Shown: positions 1-12,487 of the stretch, one piece after another
Numbering within the stretch: the first letter of the stretch is position 1
Layout: each line of letters begins with the position of its first letter
Assembly: GCA_026914245.1 (NCBI GenBank)
Contig: CP110440.1
Span: forward strand, 4,216,001-4,280,000
Source: Puccinia triticina
Taxonomy: Eukaryota
Reading direction: 5' to 3'
DNA length: 64,000 bases
The notes under the pieces: model-generated
Told to the model about the DNA's origin: nothing
Databases searched by the model: none
What the model saw: the letters and a program-made list of their open reading frames with translations, nothing else
Position numbers and translations under genes: made by a program

Positions 1-3000
1 GTCTTCCAAATAAAGGCCGCCGGATAGCCATATGTCCACAGGATCTGATAGCGCTTCGGAAGATCTTGCGACAGCAGCAGCGCCAAGCCCGGCCAGAACA
101 CCAGTTTGTGGCTGGTGGAAACTTTGGTCAGTTGAATTGCTTAGTGTGAGAGATTACAAGATTTCGTTTACCTTTATTGGTCATTTCCTGGGTGGTTTTG
201 GTGCGGTAATTGTGTTTGAAGGCTTATACCATGTATTGTACATCTCGCGAGTGAGATCTATTTCCTCACTAATCCATGACTTAGGCCATTTGGCCAGCTT
301 AAAGTATTCATCCTTGAACAACAGATGGAGAACTGAATGGTCAAAAGATATTATGTTAGTTACAAAACATGTTAGAAAAAATCCAATTAGACTCAAAGAA
401 AAGGCCTACCCATTGCTATTCTGTAGATTGGTGCGCAGTCAGTGAGCAAATTAGTGGTTTAACATTAAGCGGACCGACAGGAACACCACAAAAAAAAATT
501 GGCAGCATTTCCCCCAGTTGTAAAATAAAATTACAGGTACAATATGACCTGGACCACTTGGCTCTTTAAGCAATTGGCGCCGAGCAAGAGCCAAGTGGTG
601 AACTCAACTACCCCAGACGCCGTATCCTTTTATACTTTTCCCCCCAACCTCAACTGACCACGACTTCCGCCTCGCCTTATTCCTTTTCCGACCCTATTAT
701 GTTTCTCAACATCAAGTTACTATTTTCCCCTCCATTGTCTGTGTGCGTTGCAAGAATGTGAAGCTGATGATGTCCTCCAAATCCGGAAAACTGAGACTAT
801 TTCTGTTTCCCGGGTTGGTATGCTATTCCTTCCGAGGCCTACACGTTGCCGGAATACTACCAATTCCGGGATCCTGAGACAGTGTCCCGGGCTACAATGT
901 CTCTCCGGGCCCCGCAATTTCCAGAATAAGATGTTCGCCAATTCCGGGAAGCTGAGACCGTGTCCCAGAATAGATGTGCCAATATTGATACCAACATTAT
1001 GTCTTGTTTCCAGTCCGTTGGGTTGAAGCTTTCCTGTAAAGATCAATTCCTGATGGAGCGCAAGATATTTTCGACTTCGCCGCGATCAGTGCCCGCTTGG
1101 AGAAGAATGAAATGATGTTTACTCCGGAGCAGCGAGTCTTCTTCAATGGTGTGATGTATGCGGTCAATAACCAAGTGCCACAAACATTCTACTTGGATGG
1201 ACCTGGCGGGACCGGTAAAACTTTTCTTCTCGACAGTTTAATTGATGGTTTGACAATCAACCAGAAGAAATGTGTGCTTGTTACATCGACGGGGGTGGCA
1301 GCGCTCCTGCTCAACGGAGGTCAAACGGCTCACTCTGCTTTCAAGCTCCCATTAACAATAAACAATGAGACCTTGTGCAGCATTGATGCCTCGACAAAAT
1401 GCGGTCGTGAGATGATCACAGCCGACATCATTTTTTGGGACAAGATTGTGACGATGCACCTCCAAGCTATCCAAGCCGTCGACATATCACTGCAACTGTT
1501 GACAAATAATCCACACCCATTTGGGGGAAAGTGTGTTGTTTTTCTGGGTGACCTTTGTCAAACTCTTCCCGTCGTTGGGTTGGAAGAGTGTCCGCGGTCT
1601 TGTCACGCCACTCTAAAATCTTTGTCCTTATGGGGAGCAGTCAAAAAGCACGCTTTAAACCTTAACATGAGGCTGAGGCAAAGCAAGGACACTGAAGCGG
1701 TCAAGAACTACTTGATCTCGGCGAAGTTGCAATGGCGCGAAACTGATGAAAAGTAGAACAAAACAAATTCATTATCCAAAAAATTAAAGGAAGACAAAAG
1801 TAATCAACTAACCTTTGCAAGAGATCGACGACATGACTCTGACGTATAAACATCATCATCCTTTTCATCTTCAACATCTTTGACATCAGCCAGCGTAAGC
1901 TCGTCGTCCTCTGCGAATTCGCCATCGGGGCGCTCAGAAATATTGGCAGGAAGCTCCTCCTCGTCGTCATCAGTGGAGCTACTATTGTCTTCCTCTTCAT
2001 GAAGCCTGAAAATGCAATCACACATGTAACAATCAGCGGGTAGAAATCAAAGACAAAATGAAATGATGTCAGAATAATTAAGCTTGCCTTTCAAGGAGAT
2101 TTTGCGGTTCCTCCTCATCATTGGATTCCTCATACTCACCAGCTCTAGGGGAGCTTTTTTTGTTACGCGCAAAGGGTTGGAGTATTGCCTTTACAATAAG
2201 GTTGAGGATATGTGCAAAGCACCTTATCCACTGCGGCTCGCCTTGGAAACATTTCCACAAAAGTTTTTCTAACTCAACAATCATTGTCCCGTTGTTTGCC
2301 GCGTTGTTGGAAACAATACCACAAATCTAATGAGTGTAATCAGCAGGTTAGATCAGATTCTCAGATAATAGAATGTACAAAATCAAAAGAAAAGTTATCA
2401 TACCTGATTTTTCAATCTAAACTTCTCAACAATGAATTCAACCATGCGCGCTAAGTATTCACCTGTATGCCTTTCCTTAAGCTGGACAAAGTCCAGGGGC
2501 ATTGCATCCAATTCAATCCTGCCGGCCCCATCATCCAAAAGTTGGTAGATAACCACCCCCATTATGTCGAATCCGTTTGGTGTCTGCCAGGCATCAACAC
2601 CCAAGTAAAGTGCCCCCTTGTGGGCCTGAATAAAAAAAGCAATAGGTTTAAGGTGCAGTCAGTTGGGTTGTTATCTGAATTTTAAATAAAGAAATCAAAC
2701 AATCCACGACTTACACTCAATTCGTGACAAATTTTCTCCTGAACACACAAATAAAGCTGCTGAATTGCCTTTGAAACCACTCTTTGGTTAGGAAGATGCT
2801 TTAAGATTGTCGGATGGAGAATTTTCTTGAGGCTGCTTTCTTCCAAAGCCGAAAAGGGCTTCGCTCCCTCCGCACACCAAATCGCACACCGCTGCAAGAC
2901 CTAGAGTGAGAAGACTGGTCAGTTGGGAGAAAATTGAGATAAATAAATAAATATTGAGTCTTACCTCCCGCTGGTCAATTTCACCCATTCCAGATATACC

Positions 3001-3818
3001 AACTGAGGCAAGTGTTTTGTTACTTGGTGGTTTTTGTTGCTTCCTCAGGCATCGGCCTGCGTGCGTGAGAAGATTACTGCACAAAGAGTCATAGGCTGGT
3101 CAATTGATATTTTTTGAACATCTATCAAGATTTGAAATGCTTCAGCTATTGTTTCCTTGCTTCTTATAAATAGTAGGGAAAGTCAGACTCACATCTTACA
3201 CTTCCACGCAATCATGCGGCGGTTAAATTTATCTTGCTGATCAGACAATCTGGGTGGCTCCTAAGAGGCATAAGCTGAACTGATTTGATTACGCGCAAGT
3301 TTCTTTGCGTGTTCTACATTTGCAATTTATTCAGTTTTTTGAGCCAATTGAATAATCAAGAAAGAAAGCAGAGTATATTCCCTAGACGCTGATCATCAGT
3401 TAGTTCAGCTCCCACCTGTGTGGAATTAGGGGTTCCTGAGTCAATGTTGTCCTGTTCATTGGTTGAATTGGGAGGGGGGCTTCGTGTTTGTCATCTGTTG
3501 CAGGCCGACTTCGGAGCCTCTTTTGTGGTCGGGCCATAGCGTGGTATTTGGAGGATATGATGGGGGAAGCACGCAAATTGACGGCGGAGGGAAACCCGGG
3601 TCGGAGATGCCGTATTGCGCGCAGCGAGCTGGAGATCATGTGTTGTGCAACTGCGGTGTATATGTGGGCGGGTGTGGGCGGGTGCGCCTGCAAATAACCC
3701 GGGCACCCGCTCAAATTCTGTCGGAATCTCAGACATCCGCACTCGCATCCGCATCTGTTGGCGGGTACCCGCCAACGGATAGCGGGTACCTGTGGCGGGT
3801 GCAAAGTTGCCATCTCTA
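1..3818 (-). mobile_element. Degenerate hAT DNA transposon (spliced transposase relic); other end lies outside the window; internally deleted and interrupted
   Basis: End at 3818 reads TAGAGATGGCAACTTTGCACCCG on the minus strand (hAT-type terminus) with GCGGGTACCCGC subterminal palindromes. Minus-strand exons encode GVDAWQTPNG (first catalytic D), RCFAHILNLIVK (CxxH), LTDCAPIYRIAM, FKDEYFKLAKWP and DPVDIWLSGG, with GT-AG introns and in-frame stops. Confidence 0.85.
1097..1727 (+). pseudogene. Truncated PIF1-like SF1 helicase (Helitron-type fragment)
   Basis: Walker A DGPGGTGKT, STGVAALLL, GQTAHSAFKLP, degenerate Walker B IIFWDK, PFGGKCVVFLGD. Helicase similarity stops at about 1727, where hAT coding sequence on the other strand resumes. 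Confidence 0.85.
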
Positions 3819-4153
3819 AGGTGCATCTAGAGCCCTCTACATGCTGAAGGGAAGTCATCCAACTGGAAGACTTCCCGTAGGATCTACGCCCCCCAGACAG
3901 ACTAGAATATCACAGATCTGTCACCCAACAGATCACCTGACAGATCTGTCCGCCCGTAAGCACACATGATACAAAGAAAGCCAACAGACCTAAAACCTAG
4001 ACAGCAGTAGACAGCACGCTGGACAACAACCCTTCCTGATACCTCAACGCCTCCGAGCTCACCCCTCCCCTCAAAAATCATTGTAAGTTTTTTTTGTTGT
4101 GATTCTTGCAATGCTAATTTTAACCTCTCAAGATATCTTGCACCTTAGGATAC

Positions 4154-4556
4154 ATGGACCGAGACGATTTTATTCCTGCTTGTGACGTTCTCCACAATTT
4201 TAATGAGGCCAACAAGCAAGCTGATGAAGATGACGAGGGCCTTCTGGCGATGGCTATAACTGTTTTTCAAGGAAGAAGGCAGCCCGATCGCACGATGTGC
4301 ACATATCTAACTTGAGCAGACCCTTTCCCAAACCCCCAATCAACTAGTCCATGGCTCCAAATGCTGAATGCTTCTAACAATCGAGCTTTCATCACTACTG
4401 TTGGAATGAATATCAAGACTTTTCGTTACCTCCTGACTCATTTTGCAAACCGATGGACCGAGCAGACAGTACCCCGCACCGACGTCAAGCAACATGGAGA
4501 ACCTTGCCTCTATCGTCAATCATTGGATGCAGCAGGCTGCTGAGGCTTAGTACTTC
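4154..4556 (+). pseudogene. N-terminal fragment of a Harbinger-like (DDE_Tnp_4-type) transposase
   Basis: NNRAFITTVGMNIKTF...RTDVKQHGEP...SLDAAGC*GLVL resembles N-termini of fungal Harbinger transposases. In-frame stops at 4313 and 4541; DDE domain deleted. Confidence 0.6.
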
Positions 4557-4619
4557 GCGGCGGCGGCGGCTACGCCCAACCTTTGTCTGATTAGCTGCCA
4601 GCCTTGAGAGCCCAATGTC

Positions 4620-5466
4620 GTGGCTCCAGGCGGCCAGGAGTGGCGCTTGAAGAGCCTCGGCTGCCTGCAGCCTTTTTTTTTCTCCCTAATGACCCCCCCC
4701 CCCCCTCCCCGTTTTTTTTGTCAGTTTGACCTGATCATTGATGCTCGGTGCTCGGAATTTTCAATCAACTGATCATGTATGTCATAGTGCAGGACTAGCA
4801 CTGAACAATCCCGCGCGCCCAGGAGTCACGTTTGATGGCAAATCACTGCTTGTCCCATCATCTGAGGAATTCTCTTGCCTGGCAAAATTTTGATTCGCCA
4901 GATTCCTGCGAGCTTCTGGGAGAGTTTCTGTCAACCCGGGAACTGGAGCATAGAGCCGGAAATTGAGGGATCCACCGGGGCCCCTACACCATCACTGAAG
5001 GCCAAAATAGATGTTAGCATGTTGCCTGCATTGAGATGAAGAAAGAAACATAACTTACTCCTCAAGTTGAGCCTCCAGACGTTGGGGGTTCTGGGTGATC
5101 ATCAACCCACTTCGCTCCTCTATTTCATGCAAAATCTCCTTAGCTTGTCAAACGTATTCCGGGGGCGCCGGCGATCCGGTTGCCTTTTTTTCGCAGGCAA
5201 GGTTGTGAAATTTGGTTTTGATCGATTCGACTGTACAATTCATACAGCCAGCACTTTGAGGATATTCGTGGTATGTCTCAAGGACACGGTTCCACTCGTT
5301 TTGTCCAATTGGCAGAACTTACAGCGTCAACCAGAGCACACATGTCGGGGACGCTGTAGCCTTGCAAACCAGCCACTCGTCCGGGACGGTTTACTCGACT
5401 GGGTTGGGTGAGGGGAAGTCTGGGGGGCTGGCTGGAATCGAGGGACTGGGAACGCTGAGGAGGCAT
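4620..5466 (-). pseudogene. Harbinger partner gene remnant (Myb/SANT-like, DUF6818-like)
   Basis: GRVAGLQGYSVPDMCALVDAV, then a frameshift, then PIGQNEWNRV...SIKTKFHNLA. Convergent with the transposase remnant, as in two-gene Harbinger elements. Confidence 0.5.
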
Positions 5467-6728
5467 TGCAGGCGGGTTGGCTGTTGACGTGTGTTGGGGA
5501 GGAGACGCCGGCAGCTGGCGGGGCTGCCTTTTTGGTGGTTCAGCAGCCTGATCTACCAGGCCCTGGTAGATCTGTTAGTGATAGATCTGTGATATTCTAG
5601 TCTGTCTGGGGGGCGTAGATCCTACGGGAAGTCTTCCAGTGTTTAAGTTCATTCTTGAACGTTGGGTGGCAAAAGTGCATGCAAGTCACATTGTACAACC
5701 TGCTTGATGTTGTTTGAAAGTTGGTGCCCAAGAAAAGCCTTGAACATCAACTTTTGAAAGTACATGTAAGTCATGCATGGCCAACTTGGGATCAAATCAC
5801 ACCTGGCCAACATTGAAACCCCCTATTATGTAGTCTCCGGTAGCCATTTGTCTTTCTGTTGACTGGCCTTCATACCAAAGTACAACCTATTGTCCTTGCC
5901 TTTGATGCGCTCCTTCGTATCCTTGAGTATTTTTGTTACTTTCCTGGAGGGGCATTGTTCTTACTGTGATCAGGTTGGAGGGGCTGAGGCGAGCTAGTGA
6001 TAGTAGATACATCTCTTTTGGATCTTCGAGAGCGGTTTATCGAACTTTTTGAATCCGGTCTGGTAGAGCTCAAAGGCGAGTTGAGCTGAGAGTCGCGACA
6101 TCTTTTGGCAGCTTCGAGAGCTGTTTGTAGAGCGCTTTGAGTCCGGCCCTACCTGGGAGATTTGATGAGGCTGAAAGCGGGATTGCTCGGCAGGCATAGC
6201 AGCTTGACCATCCTCCTCAGGCTGGCAAGAAATGCGTGGTGGCCAACGAGGCGCAGCAGCCCGTAGGCACTTGAACCATCGGTGGACCGGTTGGTCGTCC
6301 GCCTCAGACTTGACGAGGATCAATTCCTGCTGTGATCGAGCAAGGGGCATGCCATACGCGGTCGGCTTGCTGGCAGGTCGTCGAGTCGGGGACGAGTCTG
6401 GTTCCGATTGCGAGTCTGCAAGCGCGGCGTCTTCCGAGTAAAGCAAGTGGCCGAGTGCACCGATCTCCCGGGGAAGGGGAGTGGGGCCCCGCAGACATGC
6501 TCATCGATGTCCATCCCCGGCGACCCGCCGGCCTGCCCGATCCGGCGGTCTTCGGCCAGCAGCCTCGATGTGACTCGTTCCTTTGTCAACGCAGCACACA
6601 TTCAAAAGCCCCCTCGTCCCCGCCCACACTTTGCTGCATTCTCCACGACCACACACACACACGCACACGCACACCCTCCACCGGCCAACCCAGCCAAGAA
6701 CCCCACCAGGACTAGAATACATAGGACG

Positions 6729-7333
6729 ATGGCCGCAGACGCTCCATCCTCCGACCCCGTGGCGCCGACGGTCGAACAAGACAAGCAAAAGGAAGAAGAG
6801 CAGAGAACTGAAGAAGAGGCCACCACTGCAGACGAGAAGAAGCCTGAAGACGAGAAGAAGAAGGAGCAAGAAGAGGACGAGGAGCCGAGCATAGTCGACC
6901 AAGAGGAGCTCTGGAAAGACATCACGCCGATCCCGCAGGCGGATGCCGAGCGGCCGATGGTCGTGATTGCGTACACGCCGGAGTACCGCAAGGCGATGAG
7001 CCTGTTCCGGGCGGTGCTGGCGAAGAACGAGTTCTCGGACCGGGCGCTCAAGCTGACCAGCCTCATCCTCCAATACAACATCGCCCACTACACCGTCTGG
7101 TCCGTCTCTCTTTTCTCTCTGCTCGTCATGGTCTGCTGTGGAGAGGGACTGACCGGGGCGGTTTTCTGTGTCCATGGGTCCGTCCACACAGGCATTATCG
7201 CTCCCAGATCCTCAAACACCTCCACACCACCGATCCCGAGGGCCAGCACATCCAACAAGAGCTGGCCATGCTGAACAAGTACATGGGCGACATGCGCAAG
7301 TCCTACCAAGCCTGGTCAGCCCTCTCTGCTTCT

Positions 7334-7364
<31 letters not shown>

Positions 7365-8412
7365 GCCCATCGGGCAAACCTGACGTTCGGGAAAACTGAC
7401 TTTGGGTATTGGGGGGATTGTAGGCAGCACCGCGCACTGATGGTCGAGATGCTCAAAGACGTGTCCAAGGAAATCGCCTTCGTGGACCAAGTGCTCAAAG
7501 CGGATGCCAAGAACTACCAGACATGGACATAGTGAGCCCCTCCTCCCCTCGACGTCCCCTGCCGCACCGCTGACCGCTTCCATGTCTCCCCGTCGTCATC
7601 GAAGTCGACAGAGCCTGTTGTGTCAATACAACCAGCCGGAGATGTGGGCCGGCGAGCTGCCCACAATCGAGCGTCAGTCCTCCCCCCTCCCCCTCCCAAA
7701 AGAAAAATGCTGACTGGAGGCGGGGATGAGCAGGCATGTTAGCGGAGGACATCCACAACAACTCGGTGTGGAACCACCGCTTCTTCGTCGTCTTCGACAC
7801 CTTCCCGCTCCACACGCCCGGCCTAACGAGCGCCCAGTTCGCGGAGACGGTGGATCGGGAGGTGGGGTTCGTGAAGGACCAGCTGTTGAAGGCGCCCAAC
7901 AACCCGAGCGCCTGGAACTTCCTGCGCGGGTAAATCCCGTCTCTCTCTCTCTGCTGAATGCCTGCAGAAACTGACACGTGCTTGCCCCGATGATTGGAAA
8001 AGGGTGCTCAAGCGGGCCAAGAAGCCGTTCGACTCCCTCGAGAGCTTCGTGCTCCCTCTCACCAAGCCCGCCGCCCAGCTCGACGCCGAGCACGGCTGGC
8101 CGGCCGGGCTCAACAGACGTGCAAGTCTGCCCGCGCCGCCGGCGGTCGAGTTCCTGGCGGACATCTACGCCGGGTCGGGCGCGACCACTGCGCAAGCCTT
8201 AGACGTCAGTCCCTCTCCCCTTTTCTCTCTCGCCTCACATCCTGGAGCTTACCCGCTCCTCGTCGGTTTCCGAAATCCCCCCAAAAAAACAGTTGTATGG
8301 TTGGTTGGCCGACACACTCGACCCGATCCACAAAGGCTACTGGCTCTTCCGCTCCCAAAGAGCCCGCGCCGGCCCTCCCCCAGCGGCCCAGCCCGAGGTG
8401 GCGGCCCAGTGA
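6729..8412 (+). CDS. RAM2: Protein farnesyltransferase/geranylgeranyltransferase type-I alpha subunit, 7 exons, about 395 aa
   Basis: Exons 6729-7099, 7192-7314, 7424-7531, 7605-7672, 7734-7929, 8003-8204 and 8293-8412 join in frame with GT-AG introns. Motifs WKDITPIPQ, IAYTPEY; PPTA repeats HYTVWHYR, KSYQAWQHR, KNYQTWTYR, HNNSVWNHR, PNNPSAWNFLRG; C-terminal LDPIHKGYW. Confidence 0.93.
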
Positions 8413-8987
8413 GCCGGCCGGTCGACGGCCTTCCGCCCAACTGGGCTCTCATCACTCCCCATCTGTTCGGTTGGCATCTGTAATCGGTTCTGCTTTATAG
8501 GCCATGTCTTATTTTCGGTTTGTGTGCCGCCCATGTATAATGTACTACTTGTTCCTCATCGTTCCGCGGGTCATGGTCCGTCCAAGAAGGATGTTCTCGT
8601 GATTTGTGTATCGTCTACACATTTAGTTCTCGTTGTTTCCCGCCTCAGTCGGTGCCTCTTTTTGCTTGGAATGTGCTCCAATCCGTTACCCCGTCCATGT
8701 ATAATCGTTAGAACTCTACATTGCGGTGACAAAAGGAATCATGGGATATGCAGCAGTACAATATACATTAAGACAACGAGCACCACGAGGATGCATGTTG
8801 TACACACTGAGGAACAAGCCACCCACAAACACGTGTTTTTTTCAAGTAAGCAGGTCGTGAGATATCGATGAGAGACTGATACAGTTCGTGGCCGGAGGCG
8901 TGGACATGGCAAAGCGATGAAAGAGCAGCGCTACAACAGCAGGGAAAAAGGGGGAAAAGCTAGACAGGAAATCATGATGGGAATAGG

Positions 8988-10873
8988 TTAGAAGCGTTGG
9001 ATGAGCGAGGTGAGCCGGATGCCGGACATCATCATCAACTCGTCGATCGAGAAATGGTCCTGATAGTTCCTGCAAACAGCCCCAGCGATCAGCGGGGTGA
9101 GGGCGGGGAGGAAGAGAGGGGCGAGGATACGCACGTCATCTGGTGGATGAATTTGCACTGGACCTGGATCTCCTTGACGGCGTCCCTGACCCTGGGGAGG
9201 CGAGATGGGGAGCTCTTGATCGCGCAGCTGGGTCTGCGGAAGGGCGAACAGGAGATGTCGGAGGAGGAGGAAGAGGTGGTGGTGGTGGTGGAGCGGACGG
9301 AGTTGGCCTTCGCCAGCAGGCCGCCGGCCATCAGCCGGTACTTGATCGGCTTGCGCTTGATCCGCTTCTCTTCCCTCACCGGCTCGAACACCAGCTCGCC
9401 GCCTAGTACACAGACACACATCCCTCAGCATCCGCCGCTCTCTCAGAGACACGCGTCGAGACTCACCGAGTTGCTGCGGGTCGCCCGCCCACTGCCACGG
9501 CATCCGCCACGCATTCTGTGCCCGCGTCCACAGCCGCTATCAACACGCTGATGTAGTGGAGTGTAAGGAGAGAGAGACGCACGTAGAGCACTTTGGAGAG
9601 GAAGGCCAGCTTGGACTCGTACACGAGCGGCTCGTGGTGAGCGGCGGCCCGGGCGCCGGGCAGGGCGGGATAGGCGAGCGGGTGGATGTGGAAGCTGGCC
9701 GGCGGGTGCTGCTGCTGCGGGGCCTGCTGGAGCAGCTTGACGTCCTTGAGCTTCTGCATGCCCAGCAGCTTGTACACTTTCTGGTCTTTGGAGAGGTCGG
9801 TGTAGATCGGGAAGGGGCAGTTCAAGATGGCTATGGTTTCACACCATCAGTCTTGGGTATGGATGGGGGGGGGGGGGGGGGGGGGGCAGAGGGGAGAGAC
9901 GCACTGCGGTAGCTGTCGATCAGCTGGTAGTTCCCGTTCCCGATCACGACCACCTTGACCCCGTTGGCCCGGATCCAATGGCCGGCCTGCCGCTCGTCGT
10001 GGCCGTCGGCCGGGGCCGAGCGCTTCGAGAGGCTCGACACACTCGGCGGGTTCTGTCTGTGGGCGGCGAGTGCGGGCACAAGCTCGCCGTTGGCGATCTT
10101 GGAGAGCCGCTTGATGTACCGCTGCGAATAGCCCGACCTGTCTTGCGCAGAGAGAGGTCAAGAGATGGTCTATGGGGGTGGTAGATCAGGGGGGGCACGA
10201 CTGACCGGAAGTGGCGGATGAAGATGACGAGGGTCTTGAAGTCCCGGTCGATGAGCTCCTCGAGCTTGACGGCCTTTCCGGCTCCGTCGACGAGCTCGGC
10301 CTGCATGGCCTGCTGGAGATGGATCTGGGGGGAGGAGGGGCTGGGCGGGGGCAGGGGGACGGCGGGTGGGGGAGGCGGCAGACGGGCGATGGGCGGGGGG
10401 AAGCTGATGGCGGGGGTGGGCTTGTGGTGCAGGCTGGTGGTGCTGCTGGTGCCGAGGCTGGTGGGCGGGGAGTCGGGCCGGTCGGAGGGGCCGGAGGTGG
10501 TGGTGATGTGGCTGGCGGTGCTGCTGCCCCCGCCGCTGCCGGACTTGTGCATGTATGCGGCGTCGGCGTCGGGCGGGCCGGCGAGGATGGAGGAGCGCTT
10601 GAGATAGTGGGCAGCCATGGTGTGTTCTGCGCGGGGTGGGCTGGCGCTGCTGGGCTGGCGCTTAAGTACTCCGCCAGGGGGAGATGATACTGCTGATGGG
10701 CGGTGCTGCTGCTCCCGCCGAGGCCGACGAGCAGCGCATCGCTGCAGTGCCCGAGCAGGGGATCTGTATTTGGAGGAGCAGTGCTCGACTGCACTAAACT
10801 CGCCGGGCATCATATTATTGCGCGAGCTGGCCGCTGGACGCTTCAGGGGCCCACCCAGGGAAAGGGGCACCAT
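8988..10873 (-). CDS. AhpC/TSA-type (peroxiredoxin-like 2, thioredoxin-fold) protein with Ser/Pro-rich N-terminus, 6 exons; start uncertain (10873, about 10813 or 10618)
   Basis: Exons start-10206, 10137-9905, 9830-9583, 9536-9467, 9402-9135 and 9069-8988 join in frame. Motifs KTLVIFIRHF, KVVVIGNG, CPFPIYTD, VYKLLGM, GDPQQLGGELVF, FIHQMTNYQDH. Confidence 0.85.
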
Positions 10874-11426
10874 CAACCCCCCTGAGTCATCAGCTCAGCA
10901 CTCAGGCTCATCACCGACCTGGTCTTCCAAACATCCATCATCACAACCGCCCCCCTGCACATGATCTGGCCGACGTTCCTCTCGCGGGGACGCTATGCGC
11001 CTCCTCGGAGAGGCTAAGTTAAGCTCGGCGCCTCCGAAGGAGAGGCTTACTTAAGCTCGGTCCACCAGGCCGCCGGAACCCTGGCCGGAGCTGGCCGGGC
11101 TTTGGCCAGGGCGCGCGGGATGCCGAATCGGCTCATAATAGACGCAAACCCCAATGTCTTAACCCCATGTCCAGAAGGGTTTCAAAACTTCTGCAACAGG
11201 TTTCACGACACGCTGACAATGTTCCAGAAGGAGGAGGGCTTCTACCGTTCCTTCTGGGCATGTCTCCAGTTTGGGGCTAAGCCCGTTTGGGTGTCCCGTG
11301 CCGGTGGATGGCTTCAACTAATACCCAGCCGAGCGTTGCCCTTCTGAATTCCTGTCTGTCTCAGACACCCTTGCGTTTGGAGCTAACTTCTATTTGGTTA
11401 TTCCATAAGGTGGTGATGATAAAGTA

Positions 11427-11604
11427 CAGTCAAACCTGTCTAAGGGCATACCCTTTTAACAGCATAATCTGCCTAAAAGCATGGAAAAAGACTTCACCGG
11501 ATTCTTGATTGCCCAGCAAAATCACCATCTCTAAGGGCATAACCTGCCTAAAGTCATACCAAAAGTCTTCTCCCAAAGGGTATGCCCTTAGACAGGTTTG
11601 ACTG
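11427..11604. mobile_element. Tc1/mariner (pogo-like) MITE
   Basis: 30-bp perfect TIR CAGTCAAACCTGTCTAAGGGCATACCCTTT, TA TSD (11425-6 and 11605-6). Absent from the homologous upstream region of paralog C (about 48730-48750). Confidence 0.9.
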
Positions 11605-12013
11605 TACTAGCAATTCCTATGCGGTCGCCGATAAGTACAGCCGGGTGTGCTCGGCTACAGTCTTCACGACACGCTCACAACTTATACCTCCGCCCTCCAG
11701 GATGGGGAGGGCATCTGGAATTTCTTCAATGTCGTTGTTCTTCAGTTTGAAGCTAAGCCTGTTTGGTTGTTCCGTACCAGTGGGTAGTGAAGCCGGCATC
11801 GTCCGTCGGTTCCTACTTGTCTCAGACACCGCAGAGTTTCTCTACCAGCATCCATGGTGGCACAGGCAGGGTATCAAGACACGCTGCCAATGTCGATTTC
11901 CACATCAGCAAGACACCATCACACACATCTTCACTCCACCCTCGGAGAAAATCTTAGCGCCAGTCCAAAGCTGATTCGATCCTCAACCGGCTTAGCCTTG
12001 CACCATCTCGCAG

Positions 12014-12487
12014 ATGAAGCTCTCCACTGCTGCCTACAGCCTTCTCATGGCTCTCATCCTCTTTGTCACAGCCGTCGTGTCGCCAGGCCGCTACTCCGAG
12101 TGCCCTAATCTTGTCATAAAAGAAACGGATCCACTAGTGTTAGGTCCTTGCAAAGCGCAATGCGTTCATGTTTCGGAATCTGCCCGCTTTACGATCCTCA
12201 AGGTCCAAGATGAAGCCCCGTGTAGAGTACCTGGTTGCACAACAACAACTCGGATCCCACAGACGTATAGTTACTGTACAGAAGACTGTTGTACAAGAAA
12301 AAAAGAAGATGGCCTTTATTACCTCGTATTCGCCCAAAACAAGTCAAAAGGCCCCCCGGGCACACCCGTCTGTCCCGCTCACCCAGGCGCGAAAGTAATC
12401 TTGGGCCACTACCGAACCAGCGCGGCACCCGAAACCGCCCCAGCCGAGCGACTCTTCACCTTACCCGACTTCACCAGCGCAGAATAA
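12014..12487 (+). CDS. Small secreted Cys-rich candidate effector, paralog A (157 aa; C-terminal tail cut by TAA)
   Basis: Hydrophobic signal peptide MKLSTAAYSLLMALILFVTAVVS, 9 Cys, single exon. Homologous to 38797 and 49181. Confidence 0.85.
   Translation: MKLSTAAYSLLMALILFVTAVVSPGRYSECPNLVIKETDPLVLGPCKAQCVHVSESARFTILKVQDEAPCRVPGCTTTTRIPQTYSYCTEDCCTRKKEDGLYYLVFAQNKSKGPPGTPVCPAHPGAKVILGHYRTSAAPETAPAERLFTLPDFTSAE

Larger units (their letters stand above)
3862..5640. mobile_element. Internally deleted PIF/Harbinger-like element with about 70-bp TIRs and two convergent gene remnants
   Basis: ACTGGAAGACTTCCCGTAGGATCTACGCCCCCCAGACAGACTAGAATATCACAGATCT at 3862 is inverted at 5583-5640. TSD not resolved. 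Contains a transposase N-terminus (+) and a Myb/SANT-like partner gene (-). Confidence 0.75.

Noticed and set aside
5994..6446. 150-aa minus-strand ORF divergent from RAM2
   Set aside because: No recognisable motif, non-ATG start, no convincing exon structure. Cannot be supported without expression data.
6232..10964. Many overlapping ORFs on both strands
   Set aside because: Shadow frames of two GC-rich spliced genes.
11970..12013. Possible 5' UTR intron ending at CAG just before the effector ATG (CTGAT...GCAG|ATG in all three copies)
   Set aside because: No conserved GT donor found upstream.
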